The notes: generated by a model from the letters alone, not told the origin. A DNA stretch of 25,018 nt from Nitrospira japonica (GCA_020725385.1 DYFC01000056.1:1-25018); one strand, 5' to 3'; numbered from the stretch's first letter, positions 8,500-18,375 are shown. Made by a program: numbers and translations.

Positions 8500-9783
8500 T
8501 TAATCATAAACCTTAGAAGCAATTTTAACTGTCAGATCTCCAAGCATGTTAGTGTAGCTACCTAATTCGTTGTCATACCAGCCATAAATTACAGCCTGTG
8601 TTACAGGAATTTCAATAGTGGCCGGTATTTTTCCTGTAAACTGATCAGATGGAATATTATATAATTTAGCTAAATCAAGAGTCATGTTTGCTGTTCTGGT
8701 ATGGGTTTCGCTGCCTTCAATAATAGTAGCCGGTCCATAATGTCCTATTATATCCGAAGATACATTTTGTTCTTCGGTATATTTTATGTAACCTCTTTTT
8801 TCCTTTTCCTCTGCATTTTTGTAAATATCATTCAATAGCTTTCTTGTGATTACAGGAGGTTTGCCTGGTTCTTCACATAAAGCGAGAACAAGAATAATCA
8901 AAGAGCCTGTTGAGATTGGCACTCTTACTGATTCTGCTATAAATCCTATTTGCTGCATTTCAGGGATAACGAGTGCAAGTGTTTTAGCAGCACCTGTTGT
9001 TGTGAGAATGATGTTATTCATGATGCTTCGATTTTTTCTTAAGTCGGTTGCACCTGCGCCTGGCAATCTGTCAAGAACCTGTTGTGTGCCTGTGGCAGCA
9101 TGTACTGTTGCCATTGAAGCGCTGAGTATTTTCTGAGGTCCAAAATAGTCGAGTAAAGGCTTTATCATGTAAGATAAACAGGTTGTTGTACATGAAGCTG
9201 CTGAAATTATATTGTGCTTTGAATGATCATATTTATCATCATTTATTCCAATAACAAGAGTAATTGCATCTTCGGGCATTTTTATACCCTTCTCTTTAAT
9301 CTTGAAAGGTGCTGATACTATAACCTTTTCAGCGCCTGCTTCTATATGACCTCTTGCAGCACCTTCTTTAGAATCAGGCATCGCAGCCGGGTCTTTGAAT
9401 TTACCCGTAGCTTCAACAACGACTTTAACCCCGTGTTCTTTCCATTTTATGTCTTTTGGATTGCGGGCTTCTCTTAAAATTGTCACAGGAATCCCGTCTA
9501 TTGTCATAGTTCCTTTATCTTCGTCAATATTATCAATAATTCTGTTTGCTTTGTAACCATACAGATAGGATTGCAATGAACCGTATGTAGAATCTTTTTC
9601 TATATAAAGGGCTATATCTTTCAGACTTGTTCCAGCTTTTCTGCCTATGTTAACAACTATTTCGGAAAAATATTTTCTTCCAATATGATTCCAGAGACTT
9701 AATTTGCCTATTCTTCCAAAACCATTAATACCGAGAATCTTCTTACTGTTGGATAACATAGATGCTTTGCTCCTTTCTGACAT
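8500..9783 (-). CDS. Divergent long glyceraldehyde-3-phosphate dehydrogenase family protein
   Basis: GINGFGRIG Rossmann motif, DSTYG, VVEATG, catalytic ASCTT.CL, TVH, TTTGAAK, RVP, WYDNE. At 427 aa it is longer than a classic GAPDH (~335 aa). Confidence 0.88.
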   Translation of the reverse strand: MSERSKASMLSNSKKILGINGFGRIGKLSLWNHIGRKYFSEIVVNIGRKAGTSLKDIALYIEKDSTYGSLQSYLYGYKANRIIDNIDEDKGTMTIDGIPVTILREARNPKDIKWKEHGVKVVVEATGKFKDPAAMPDSKEGAARGHIEAGAEKVIVSAPFKIKEKGIKMPEDAITLVIGINDDKYDHSKHNIISAASCTTTCLSYMIKPLLDYFGPQKILSASMATVHAATGTQQVLDRLPGAGATDLRKNRSIMNNIILTTTGAAKTLALVIPEMQQIGFIAESVRVPISTGSLIILVLALCEEPGKPPVITRKLLNDIYKNAEEKEKRGYIKYTEEQNVSSDIIGHYGPATIIEGSETHTRTANMTLDLAKLYNIPSDQFTGKIPATIEIPVTQAVIYGWYDNELGSYTNMLGDLTVKIASKVYD

Positions 9784-9820
9784 ATTTTCACCCCTTTTAA
9801 ATTATTTTAATAATGATACA

Positions 9821-9849
9821 ATTATAACTCTAAAAAACATATCTGTCCA
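9821..9849 (-). promoter_or_regulatory. Sigma70-type promoter for the GAPDH-like gene
   Basis: Minus strand TGGACA (9849-9844), 17-bp spacer, TATAAT (9826-9821); AGGGGTG ribosome binding site before the ATG. Confidence 0.6.
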
Positions 9850-9893
9850 AATTATTTTAATTGCATTTTCCGGGTTTAATATAATAATGCTCT

Positions 9894-12800
9894 TTATATT
9901 TTCCCGGAGACTTCTGCCCTGATTTCTTTTGTATTATGAAGCCCTTCGTAAACTGCTCCATTCCGTCCATCAATACTTAGAAAGTCACCTGCGTTGATTG
10001 TCTTTTTATTTAGAATACATTTTTTCTCCTGTTCCAAAACTATGAGATTATTGCAGCCAACTACGCATGTCTTTCCAAGACGATTGGCTATAATAGAAGC
10101 GTGAGAAGTTGAACCTCCCCGTGCAGTCAAAATACCATCTGCAGCAGAAATATGTCTTATATCATCTGGAACAGTATCGGACCTGATAAGTATTAAAGGC
10201 ATATCAGGCTCCTTTTTCCTGAATTCCTGTATTTCGTCGAGGTCAAAGACTACCCTTCCGCTTAAAGCTCCTCCACCAACTCCGATCCCTCTCGATAAAT
10301 AACTGGATGAAAGTTCTTCGGATGGTTCAAAAGCCATGAATGTTTCACGTCTTGTAATAGCCATATCTCTTGTCTGGAGTATAAAAAGCTTTTCAGGGGA
10401 TACTCCTTCAAAAGTGAATTCAATTTCCTGTGCACTCCATCTTTCATTATAAATGAGGTCTTTGGCAATCTTTAGTAGTGCATTATAATTTTCAGGAAAT
10501 TTTTCTTCGAATGAAACTTCCGTGAGTCTTTCCTCGGAAGGTTTTTGTTCATTGGAAATAGGAAGTGTCGTCACAAGTCCTGAAACTATATCTTCACCCT
10601 GAGCACCTGTTGCGTAGTCTCCCCAAAGAACTACTCTATCGCCTGTCTCAAGAGGATTGCGTGTAAAAAGAACTCCTGTTCCCGAGTTTGTATCAAGATT
10701 ACCATATACCATTGCCTGAACTATTACAGCGGTGCCCCAATTTTCTGAGATTCCCATAATTTCACGAAAAGCCTGTGCTTTTTTGGATGACCAGGATTTG
10801 AAAACCTGTTCGATCGCAACAAAAAGCTGCTTGATTGGTTCGTCATATATATGTATTCCATTTTCCTCAACAGTTCTTCTGTAAGATAAAGCCAATTCTT
10901 TCATCTGTTCGGGTGAGAATTGTATTTTTTTCAATACATGATATTTGTTTTTATGAAAATTCATTAATGCGTCGAATTTATCTCTTTCCATTCCATAAGA
11001 CATTCCCCAGCATTGCATAAATCTTCTGTAACAATCCCATGCAAACCATGGTTTGCCGGTTTTTCTTATTAGACCTTCCACAATTTCTTCATTCAGACCA
11101 ACATTCAAGAAAGAAATCATCATGCCCGGCATTGAAATAGCGCTTCCGCTTCTAACCGAAACGAGCAAAGGATTTTCTGGATCTCCAAAAAATTTTCCGG
11201 TTTGTCTTTCAAGGACTGAAAGATGTTTTTTTATGCCTTCTTCGAGATGTTCCCTTACATATCTGAATCTATTAATAGCTTTTTCACACCTGAAGACTTC
11301 TGTGGTTATTATGAAACCAGGGGGAACAGGTATTTTCAAAGAAGCGAGTTTAACTAAATTATGACCTTTATTCCCGAGATGTATCCTGTCAAAAGTAACC
11401 TGATTCGGAACATGAATTCCTGACAATGCTTTCTTGGGGTCATAACTCATTAATAAATCGAGTGTCTGGACATCGAGTCCTTCTGCCTGCTCAAAAAGTG
11501 TTTTAAGGATTCTGCTTATGAAATTGTCAAGTTGCTGTAGCCCGAATGAACTTGCTACTATTTCTCTAAGGAATTGTTCCGAGATTTTATTGATGAATTC
11601 TGAGTCAGTTACTGATTTTTCTGTGTGCAGATATTTTGAGAGAATATGTTCGGTCCCGATATTCATTATTATCTGTTTAAGATTGTTCTTATAAATGCTA
11701 CTGTAATATGTATTTAAAATATCCTGTACAGCTTCTGAAAAACCTCTGAATATATCAATATACTGTGAAAAAGAAAAGCGCCTTACTTCAAGCGCAACAG
11801 TGAGAAGTTCAAGATTATTCTCGAATCTGTTTGATGATATTCCATCGATTTGAAGGGCTTTAAAAAACAAACTGGCATATTTCTGTATTTTAAATAATGT
11901 AGCTCTTGTAATAAATTTAAGATTTATTGAGTGAAGTAAGTCTTCAAAAAGAATATTTGCAAGATTTTCAAGCCTGTAACTTATCGAAAGAGCATCAAAT
12001 TTTCTTTCATGATATTTACCATACATAGAAGGCATTCCTGCTGCGATATGTCTTTTACGGAAAATATTCTCAACAGGTTCATATTTTTCAGGAGATAGTA
12101 TTATTTCCTTCAGTTTCTCAAGATAATTCAAAACTGCTTCGAGTCTCTGTGCGATATTTCCTTCATCAAGGATGTTTATCAATGAATCTGTTGCAGGAAG
12201 CCCGAGACTATGTGCATATACGAGTTGTTCTTTAATATCTTTAATATCAAATCTATATTTTTTATGGAGTAACTGATAGAATTTTATCGCGAGGTATGCA
12301 CGTCTTTTTTCTCTATCCGAAACCTCCTTAATATTTTCAACCAGTAGAATTATTTCTTCTTCTGTTAAGTAAAGCAAGTCAGAAATATACTTTATGCCTT
12401 TGCCCATGAATATTTGTTTGAAGATAATATGCAATTCATCATAATATTGTCCCGATGGTTCAAGTCTGTTATAAAGTTCTTCGTAAAGAAAATCTTTCAG
12501 ATTTGTTTTATCTTTTGTAAGCCAGAAATATAATACTGCTTCTATAAAATCAACGACACGAGCACTGCTGTCAACATGACTTTGCTTTCTTAAAAAATGT
12601 ATGAGTTTATCATTTCTATGTGTAAGTTCATCTATTTCTGTTGAAACTTCGCGTAACGGACCTTCAGCTCCGATTTCACTGAAATAAACAGGAAAAAGTT
12701 TTGCTAATTGTTTTATTAAATGATAAACAGGCTTAATATCACTGTTAAGGAGTTTTGTTATATCTTTTTGAAAGATATCAGTGTCACTTATATGCACTCC

Positions 12801-14060
12801 GCCAAGACTTAAATTTATAATAAGTCCTGAGATGAGTTGTTTTGACCATTTTGGATTGTTTTCGATAAGTTCAAGCCATACCCTTATATTTTTCAAATGG
12901 GCTCTGTTAGCTTTGACCTGCCATTCATCCGAGACACCTTTAATATCAGGATACTGAAACCCTAAGGATACAATTTTCTGCAAATACCATTCTACAAGAC
13001 TGCTTATGCCTTTGCTGTATAATGCATTCCCTGTAATCTGTATGCAATATAATGCTGTCTCAGGATATTTCTTAAAGCTTTGCTGGAAAACTTCAAAAAT
13101 TTCTGATAATGCTTCTTTAATCTGGTTAGGTTCACCAAGTCTTACAATATTTGAGATGGTGCGGTTAATTTCCCTCAGTGTGTTTTCATGAATACTGCTT
13201 AACCCCGGAGTGTCCATTATCATCAAAAGATAGATTATTTTAATATTCAAATCCCGAATTACATCACCGGTTAATGATAGTTTTCCTGCTATCTCTTCAT
13301 AAAATCTTGCGATTTGAATGAATCCAGGAAATTTTATGAGTTCTTTTAAACGTACAATTTCATTTTCAATGCTATCAATGGAATTGAGTTCATTTAAAAG
13401 TTCCTGAAGATTAGAATGGGAAATTGGATAAAAAATTTCTTCGAATTTTTTGTGCTTATCCTCTTGAGTCTGAAAATAATTGTTTTCTTTAAGCCAGAGC
13501 AAAGGATCTTTTTGTCTTAGCCAGTAAGAATATGTTTCTCTAAAAAATCTTTTAAGTAATTTATTGAAAGTTGTTAAATCAATCTGGTTAGGTATTTTTT
13601 CAAGAAGAATCTGCCCATGTTTTTTTAATTGATGCTGGTTTTCTATAATAATCAAGAAAAGATTATCCGGAAGCTCAAGCAGTTTTAAAAAACATTCAGA
13701 CAATACAGTTGAATATCTATCTAAATCATTAGCTGTATCCATCAATATTTTTTCAAGATAAACAAGAATATTTTCGATTGCTGAATAATGAATTGAAATA
13801 TCGGTGCTTGATAGAGCATTAAAAAAGAAACTCATTATAGTTTTGGAAACTTCAGGAGCTTTTTCATGCTGGTCATATAGGTAGAAGTTTTTCAAAGCAT
13901 AATTGCGCATACTTTTTAGAACATCAGTAAGTTTAAATTCAGGATTATTTAGGTCATTTATTAAAGATTCAACAGTACTAACAATACCGGGATAATCTTT
14001 TACTACATCCCTAAGAATTTCAAATTCTGAGGATTTTAAAACCATAATATTTTCAGTCAT
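9894..14060 (-). CDS. PPDK-like dikinase: ~890-aa uncharacterised N-terminal region + nucleotide-binding domain + phosphohistidine swivel domain, lacking the pyruvate/PEP-binding barrel
   Basis: LGNKG.NL..L....IPVPPGF begins near aa 895; PLLVSVRSG..ISMPGMM, GTAVIVQAMVYGN, SGTGVLFTRNP, AQGEDIVSG, LFILQTR; GGSTSHASI with His1320. The protein ends 68 aa after the His. Confidence 0.85.
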   Translation of the reverse strand: MTENIMVLKSSEFEILRDVVKDYPGIVSTVESLINDLNNPEFKLTDVLKSMRNYALKNFYLYDQHEKAPEVSKTIMSFFFNALSSTDISIHYSAIENILVYLEKILMDTANDLDRYSTVLSECFLKLLELPDNLFLIIIENQHQLKKHGQILLEKIPNQIDLTTFNKLLKRFFRETYSYWLRQKDPLLWLKENNYFQTQEDKHKKFEEIFYPISHSNLQELLNELNSIDSIENEIVRLKELIKFPGFIQIARFYEEIAGKLSLTGDVIRDLNIKIIYLLMIMDTPGLSSIHENTLREINRTISNIVRLGEPNQIKEALSEIFEVFQQSFKKYPETALYCIQITGNALYSKGISSLVEWYLQKIVSLGFQYPDIKGVSDEWQVKANRAHLKNIRVWLELIENNPKWSKQLISGLIINLSLGGVHISDTDIFQKDITKLLNSDIKPVYHLIKQLAKLFPVYFSEIGAEGPLREVSTEIDELTHRNDKLIHFLRKQSHVDSSARVVDFIEAVLYFWLTKDKTNLKDFLYEELYNRLEPSGQYYDELHIIFKQIFMGKGIKYISDLLYLTEEEIILLVENIKEVSDREKRRAYLAIKFYQLLHKKYRFDIKDIKEQLVYAHSLGLPATDSLINILDEGNIAQRLEAVLNYLEKLKEIILSPEKYEPVENIFRKRHIAAGMPSMYGKYHERKFDALSISYRLENLANILFEDLLHSINLKFITRATLFKIQKYASLFFKALQIDGISSNRFENNLELLTVALEVRRFSFSQYIDIFRGFSEAVQDILNTYYSSIYKNNLKQIIMNIGTEHILSKYLHTEKSVTDSEFINKISEQFLREIVASSFGLQQLDNFISRILKTLFEQAEGLDVQTLDLLMSYDPKKALSGIHVPNQVTFDRIHLGNKGHNLVKLASLKIPVPPGFIITTEVFRCEKAINRFRYVREHLEEGIKKHLSVLERQTGKFFGDPENPLLVSVRSGSAISMPGMMISFLNVGLNEEIVEGLIRKTGKPWFAWDCYRRFMQCWGMSYGMERDKFDALMNFHKNKYHVLKKIQFSPEQMKELALSYRRTVEENGIHIYDEPIKQLFVAIEQVFKSWSSKKAQAFREIMGISENWGTAVIVQAMVYGNLDTNSGTGVLFTRNPLETGDRVVLWGDYATGAQGEDIVSGLVTTLPISNEQKPSEERLTEVSFEEKFPENYNALLKIAKDLIYNERWSAQEIEFTFEGVSPEKLFILQTRDMAITRRETFMAFEPSEELSSSYLSRGIGVGGGALSGRVVFDLDEIQEFRKKEPDMPLILIRSDTVPDDIRHISAADGILTARGGSTSHASIIANRLGKTCVVGCNNLIVLEQEKKCILNKKTINAGDFLSIDGRNGAVYEGLHNTKEIRAEVSGKI

Positions 14061-14078
14061 ATAAACTCCTCCTGTAAC

Positions 14079-14091
14079 ATTATACTATAAT
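14079..14091. promoter_or_regulatory. Back-to-back -10 hexamers (ATTATA-C-TATAAT) in the divergent 64-bp gap
   Basis: A perfect inverted repeat gives TATAAT on each strand, pointing to the dikinase (-) and to queE (+). Confidence 0.45.
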
Positions 14092-14124
14092 AAAATATAT
14101 CGGTAAGAGGAATCTTTAACTTAA

Positions 14125-14748
14125 ATGTTGAAAATATCAGAAATATTTACGAGTATTCAGGGTGAGTCATCTTACTCGGGTCTGCTCTGCACATTTGTCA
14201 GACTTTCGGGATGTAATCTTAGATGTTCTTACTGTGACACAGCATATTCTTGGCAGAATGGAATGGAACTATCGGAAGAATATGTTCTTGAGAAAATAAA
14301 GTCATCCGGAATATCTCTTATTGAGATAACAGGTGGAGAACCATTATTACAAGAAAGTATAGTTCCTTTAATTAAACGTCTTTTGGATTCAGGTTTTAAT
14401 GTTTTAGTAGAAACAAATGGTTCATTAAGTATTAAATATATTGATGATAGGGCGATCATAATTCTTGACATCAAAACACCCGGTAGCAACATGGATAAGA
14501 AAATGTTTTTTTCCAATCTGGAAATTATAAAAGAAAGACATGAAGTAAAGTTTGTAATAACAGATAGATTTGATTATGATTGGTCAAAAAAGATTATCGA
14601 AGATTATAATCTTTTTAAAAGATGCAATGTTTTATTTTCACCTGCTTATGGAATTATGAAGCCTGCGGAGCTTGCAAAATGGATGATTGAAGATAAAAGC
14701 CCGGCACGTCTTAATATTCAGTTGCATAAGTATGTAAATTGTAAGTAG
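14125..14748 (+). CDS. queE: 7-carboxy-7-deazaguanine synthase (radical SAM)
   Basis: EIFTSIQGE, FVRLSGCNLRCSYCDT (CxxxCxxC), ITGGEPLLQ, ETNGS, DIKTPGS, EVKFVI, QLHK. Confidence 0.9.
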   Translation: MLKISEIFTSIQGESSYSGLLCTFVRLSGCNLRCSYCDTAYSWQNGMELSEEYVLEKIKSSGISLIEITGGEPLLQESIVPLIKRLLDSGFNVLVETNGSLSIKYIDDRAIIILDIKTPGSNMDKKMFFSNLEIIKERHEVKFVITDRFDYDWSKKIIEDYNLFKRCNVLFSPAYGIMKPAELAKWMIEDKSPARLNIQLHKYVNCK

Positions 14749-14791
14749 GTGGTATCAAATTGAATGTGGTATTCAGAAGAAACCTTTAAAA

Positions 14792-14845
14792 CTGGGTTCC
14801 CCAATCCGTCCTCAAAAACAGCGGGCGGGCAAGTTGGGGAATGAC
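14792..14845 (+). repeat. REP-like palindrome (CTGG.TT-stem-AATGAC family) carrying a 24-nt insertion in its loop
   Basis: ttccccaa (14797-14804) pairs with ttggggaa (14834-14841); termini match the copies at 23550-23619; inner stem ccgtcc/gggcgg. Confidence 0.75.
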
Positions 14846-14895
14846 AGAAAAGTAAGCATGTTTTGAAAATATAGTAAATAACAGGGGAGGGTTGT

Positions 14896-17001
14896 ATGAG
14901 TGATAAGGTGCTCAATTTGCCCGAAAGGATTAATGGAGTAGGAGAAATAGCTTTTAATCTCTGGTGGAGCTGGCATCCATCTGCAAGAATGCTTTTTAAG
15001 ATGTTAAACAGGGCAGCATGGAAAGAAAGCAGACACAATCCGGTCAAGATGTTAAAAGAGATCCCGTTTGATAATTTAATATCATTTGCTTCTAATTATG
15101 ATTATTTACGTCATTATGATGTAGTATATTCAAAATATCTTAATGATATTCAGACCAAAGTTTGCTGGTTTGCAGCAAATATTGAAGTGCCTCGTTGTCT
15201 TCCAATAGCTTATTTTTCAGCGGAATACGGACTTCATCATTCTTTGCCTTTCTATGCCGGCGGTCTCGGTTTTCTTGCAGGTGATTATATTAAAGAATGC
15301 AGTGATCTTGGTGTGCCTATGATTGCAGTAGGATTTATGTATCCAGAAGGATATTTAAGACAAAAGATACGTGTTGATGGCTGGCAGGAAAATATTGATG
15401 AGCCACTTGATAGGGATGAATCACCTATTCAAAGAGTGTTCGATGAAAATGGCCAGCAACTTACAGTTAAAGTACCTTTTACTGACCCTCCTATTTATGT
15501 AGCAGTATGGAAAGTTGAAGTGGGTCGTATCCCGTTATATCTTTTAGATACAGATATTGATATAAATGATCCCTGGAATAGAAAAATAAGTGCTCATTTG
15601 TATATTTCTGACAAAGAACAAAGATTGCGTCAGGAGATAATTCTCGGGATTGGCGGGATTGCAGTACTTAATGCACTTAAAATAAAACATTCGGTTATAC
15701 ATCTAAACGAGGGACATCCTGCTTTTGCAATTCTTGAGCGGTTGAGAGATAAAGTAGAATCCGGGGAAAGTTTTTCAGATGCTGTTGAAAAAGTTCGAAA
15801 CACGACTATTTTTACAACCCATACTCCGGTGCCTGCAGGCCATGATATATTCCCTTATCACATGATGGATAAATATTTCAGCCATTGTTATTCATATCTT
15901 GGAATAAGTCGCGATGAATTTTTTCAGATGGGAGTAAATCCTGAAGACCCTTCAGCAGGATTCAATATGACTGCTTTTGCGTTAAAGATGTCAAAGTACA
16001 ACAATGCTGTTAGTAAAAAGCATGGAGAAGTTGCTAAAAATAGATGGAAAGTCTTATGGAAGGATATAAAAGAAGAAGACATACCGATTGATGTAATTAC
16101 AAACGGGATTCATGTGCCTACATGGATTGAACCAAAGATTAAACTGTTATTTAATAAATATCTTGGCTCTAACTGGGTTGAAGAACATGATAATCCTGTA
16201 ATATGGGGTTTGATTGATGATATACCGGACAATGAATTATGGCAAATTCATTACTGGCTTAAAATAAAATTGCTGAATTTTATTAGAGAACAGACAAGGA
16301 AAAGATGGAAAGAAAATAGAGTTAATCCTGTTAATATTATATGTAATGGTGTTTTGCTCGATCCCATGACTTTAACTATAGGATTTGCGAGGAGATTCAC
16401 TTCATATAAAAGAGCGGATTTGATATTGACAAATATAGAAAGACTCAAAAAAATGTTCAATAATCGCTGGAAGCCTATCCAGATTATTTTTGCAGGCAAA
16501 GCTCATCCTGCTGATGAAGATGGCAAGAGAATTTTACAAAAGATATTTAACTTTGCACATGACCCTGAGATAGGCGGAAGAATAGCTTTTGTTGAAAATT
16601 ATGATGAACAACTTGCTCAATATATGGTTCATGGTGTTGATTTGTGGCTTAACAATCCATTGCCACCACTTGAAGCCTGCGGTACAAGTGGTATGAAGGC
16701 TTCACTTAACGGAGTTCCTAATTTAAGTATTCTTGATGGATGGTGGATTGAGGGTTACAATGGTAAAAATGGCTGGGCATTTGAAGGAAAGGGAGATGAA
16801 GAAGATGCAGAAGCTATTTATAATATCCTTGAAAATGAGGTAATACCATTATATTATAAACTGGACAAAGATGGTGTACCTGTTGAGTGGGTTAAAGTAA
16901 TGAAAGAAGCGATTAAGAGTACCGCTGCTAAATTCAGCGCACGCAGAATGGCTAAAGAATATGCATTGAAATTTTATCAATATGCCTTAAGGTCGGGTTA
17001 A
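14896..17001 (+). CDS. glgP: Alpha-glucan (glycogen/maltodextrin) phosphorylase
   Basis: AYFSAEYG, YAGGLGFLAGD, RLRQEIILGIGG, HLNEGHPAF, FTTHTPVPAGHD, FARRFTSYKRA, PLP-lysine motif EACGTSGMKA. Confidence 0.96.
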   Translation: MSDKVLNLPERINGVGEIAFNLWWSWHPSARMLFKMLNRAAWKESRHNPVKMLKEIPFDNLISFASNYDYLRHYDVVYSKYLNDIQTKVCWFAANIEVPRCLPIAYFSAEYGLHHSLPFYAGGLGFLAGDYIKECSDLGVPMIAVGFMYPEGYLRQKIRVDGWQENIDEPLDRDESPIQRVFDENGQQLTVKVPFTDPPIYVAVWKVEVGRIPLYLLDTDIDINDPWNRKISAHLYISDKEQRLRQEIILGIGGIAVLNALKIKHSVIHLNEGHPAFAILERLRDKVESGESFSDAVEKVRNTTIFTTHTPVPAGHDIFPYHMMDKYFSHCYSYLGISRDEFFQMGVNPEDPSAGFNMTAFALKMSKYNNAVSKKHGEVAKNRWKVLWKDIKEEDIPIDVITNGIHVPTWIEPKIKLLFNKYLGSNWVEEHDNPVIWGLIDDIPDNELWQIHYWLKIKLLNFIREQTRKRWKENRVNPVNIICNGVLLDPMTLTIGFARRFTSYKRADLILTNIERLKKMFNNRWKPIQIIFAGKAHPADEDGKRILQKIFNFAHDPEIGGRIAFVENYDEQLAQYMVHGVDLWLNNPLPPLEACGTSGMKASLNGVPNLSILDGWWIEGYNGKNGWAFEGKGDEEDAEAIYNILENEVIPLYYKLDKDGVPVEWVKVMKEAIKSTAAKFSARRMAKEYALKFYQYALRSG

Positions 17002-17010
17002 AGGAGGATT

Positions 17011-18375
17011 ATGTTTTATCGTCTAAAACAAATATTGTCTCGAACCACTGCTCGGTATGCGGATATTCGGTATGAAAAATTAAAAGAAACCAGAATTATT
17101 TTTAATGGAAAAGAATTAATTCATGTTGGCACAAATTCATCCGATGGATTTGTTATTAGGGTATTGAAAAATGGAGGTCTATCATCAATTGCTTTTACAA
17201 AATTTGATGACGCAAATAAAGCACTAAAGACCGCAGAACAAAATGCATGTCTTCTTAGTATTAATTCAAAAAAACCGGTTGAATTTGCAAAAACAGAAAT
17301 ATATAAGGATAATTTTTCTCCTTTTCTGAATGAAGACCCGAGAAATATTACAATTGATGAGAAACTTGATTTGCTAAGAAAATATAATAATATTCCTTTA
17401 AGTTATGAAAAAGTAGTTACAACAAATATTTATTACAATGAAGTTATACGTGAAAAATTCTTTTTAAGCACAGAAGGAGCAGAAATAAAAGAAGACTTAA
17501 TAACAACTTCTATAGGTGGTTTAATAACAGCGAAAGAAGGCTCTTTGATACAGAATATAAGAGTATCAGCAGGTGGAAGCACGGGCTTCTCAATTCTAAG
17601 AAATAGAGAATCTGAATTTGAGAATAGAACAAAAATTTTACTGGAACTTCTCAAAGCAGAACAGGCTAAAGGAGGGATTTATAACGTATTGATAAATCAA
17701 GACCTTGCAGGTGTTTTTACTCATGAAGCTTTTGGCCATTTCTCCGAAGCAGACCTGATTGAAGATTCTCCTTCTATGAGAGAGAAGATGCAGATTGGAG
17801 CAATGCTTGGCACAGAAATTCTTAATATAAAAGATGACCCGACAATTCCGGGACAACTGGGATTTTACAAATATGATGATGAAGGTGTTCCGGTCCGTCC
17901 TGTGAATCTAATGAAGAATGGTGTACTTTCTGGAAGACTTCATTCAAGGAGAACAGCTGCAGCTTTCCATGAAGATATAACAGGACATTGTGTGGCTGAA
18001 GATTACCGTTTTTCACCTATCATTAGAATGGGCAATATTTTCGTTGAACTCGGAGATAAAACATTAGATGAGATGTTTGATTCTCTTGGTAATGGTTTAT
18101 ATCTGCTTGATGCAAAAGGTGGCCAGACAAGCGGAGAGAATTTCACATTTGGAGCCCAATACGGGTATATAATTAAAGACGGCAAAAAGACAAAGATGAT
18201 AAGAGATATAAATATTTCTGGAAATTTATATAATACTCTAAAAAATATTTCAGCCATAGGAAATGATCTTGTTTTTTGTGAAACCGGTGGTTGTGGAAAA
18301 GGTCAATTAAATATCCGTTCATGTCATGGCGGTCCTCATGTCCTTATTAAAGACTTAGTCGTCGGAGGAATATAA
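17011..18375 (+). CDS. tldD: TldD metalloprotease subunit
   Basis: Zn motif HEAFGH..EAD, DDPT...G.Y.YDDEG, RMGN, C-terminal CGKG..GGPH. Confidence 0.92.
   Translation: MFYRLKQILSRTTARYADIRYEKLKETRIIFNGKELIHVGTNSSDGFVIRVLKNGGLSSIAFTKFDDANKALKTAEQNACLLSINSKKPVEFAKTEIYKDNFSPFLNEDPRNITIDEKLDLLRKYNNIPLSYEKVVTTNIYYNEVIREKFFLSTEGAEIKEDLITTSIGGLITAKEGSLIQNIRVSAGGSTGFSILRNRESEFENRTKILLELLKAEQAKGGIYNVLINQDLAGVFTHEAFGHFSEADLIEDSPSMREKMQIGAMLGTEILNIKDDPTIPGQLGFYKYDDEGVPVRPVNLMKNGVLSGRLHSRRTAAAFHEDITGHCVAEDYRFSPIIRMGNIFVELGDKTLDEMFDSLGNGLYLLDAKGGQTSGENFTFGAQYGYIIKDGKKTKMIRDINISGNLYNTLKNISAIGNDLVFCETGGCGKGQLNIRSCHGGPHVLIKDLVVGGI

Noticed and set aside
14125-14748. Radical SAM protein as a RiPP maturase with TldD/E, or as part of a Dpd DNA-modification system
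   Set aside because: Motifs and length fit ordinary QueE; there is no SPASM domain, precursor peptide or dpd gene in the window.
14718-15047. 109-aa minus-strand ORF spanning the queE-glgP gap
   Set aside because: Overlaps both genes in antisense and runs through the REP-like element; likely spurious.
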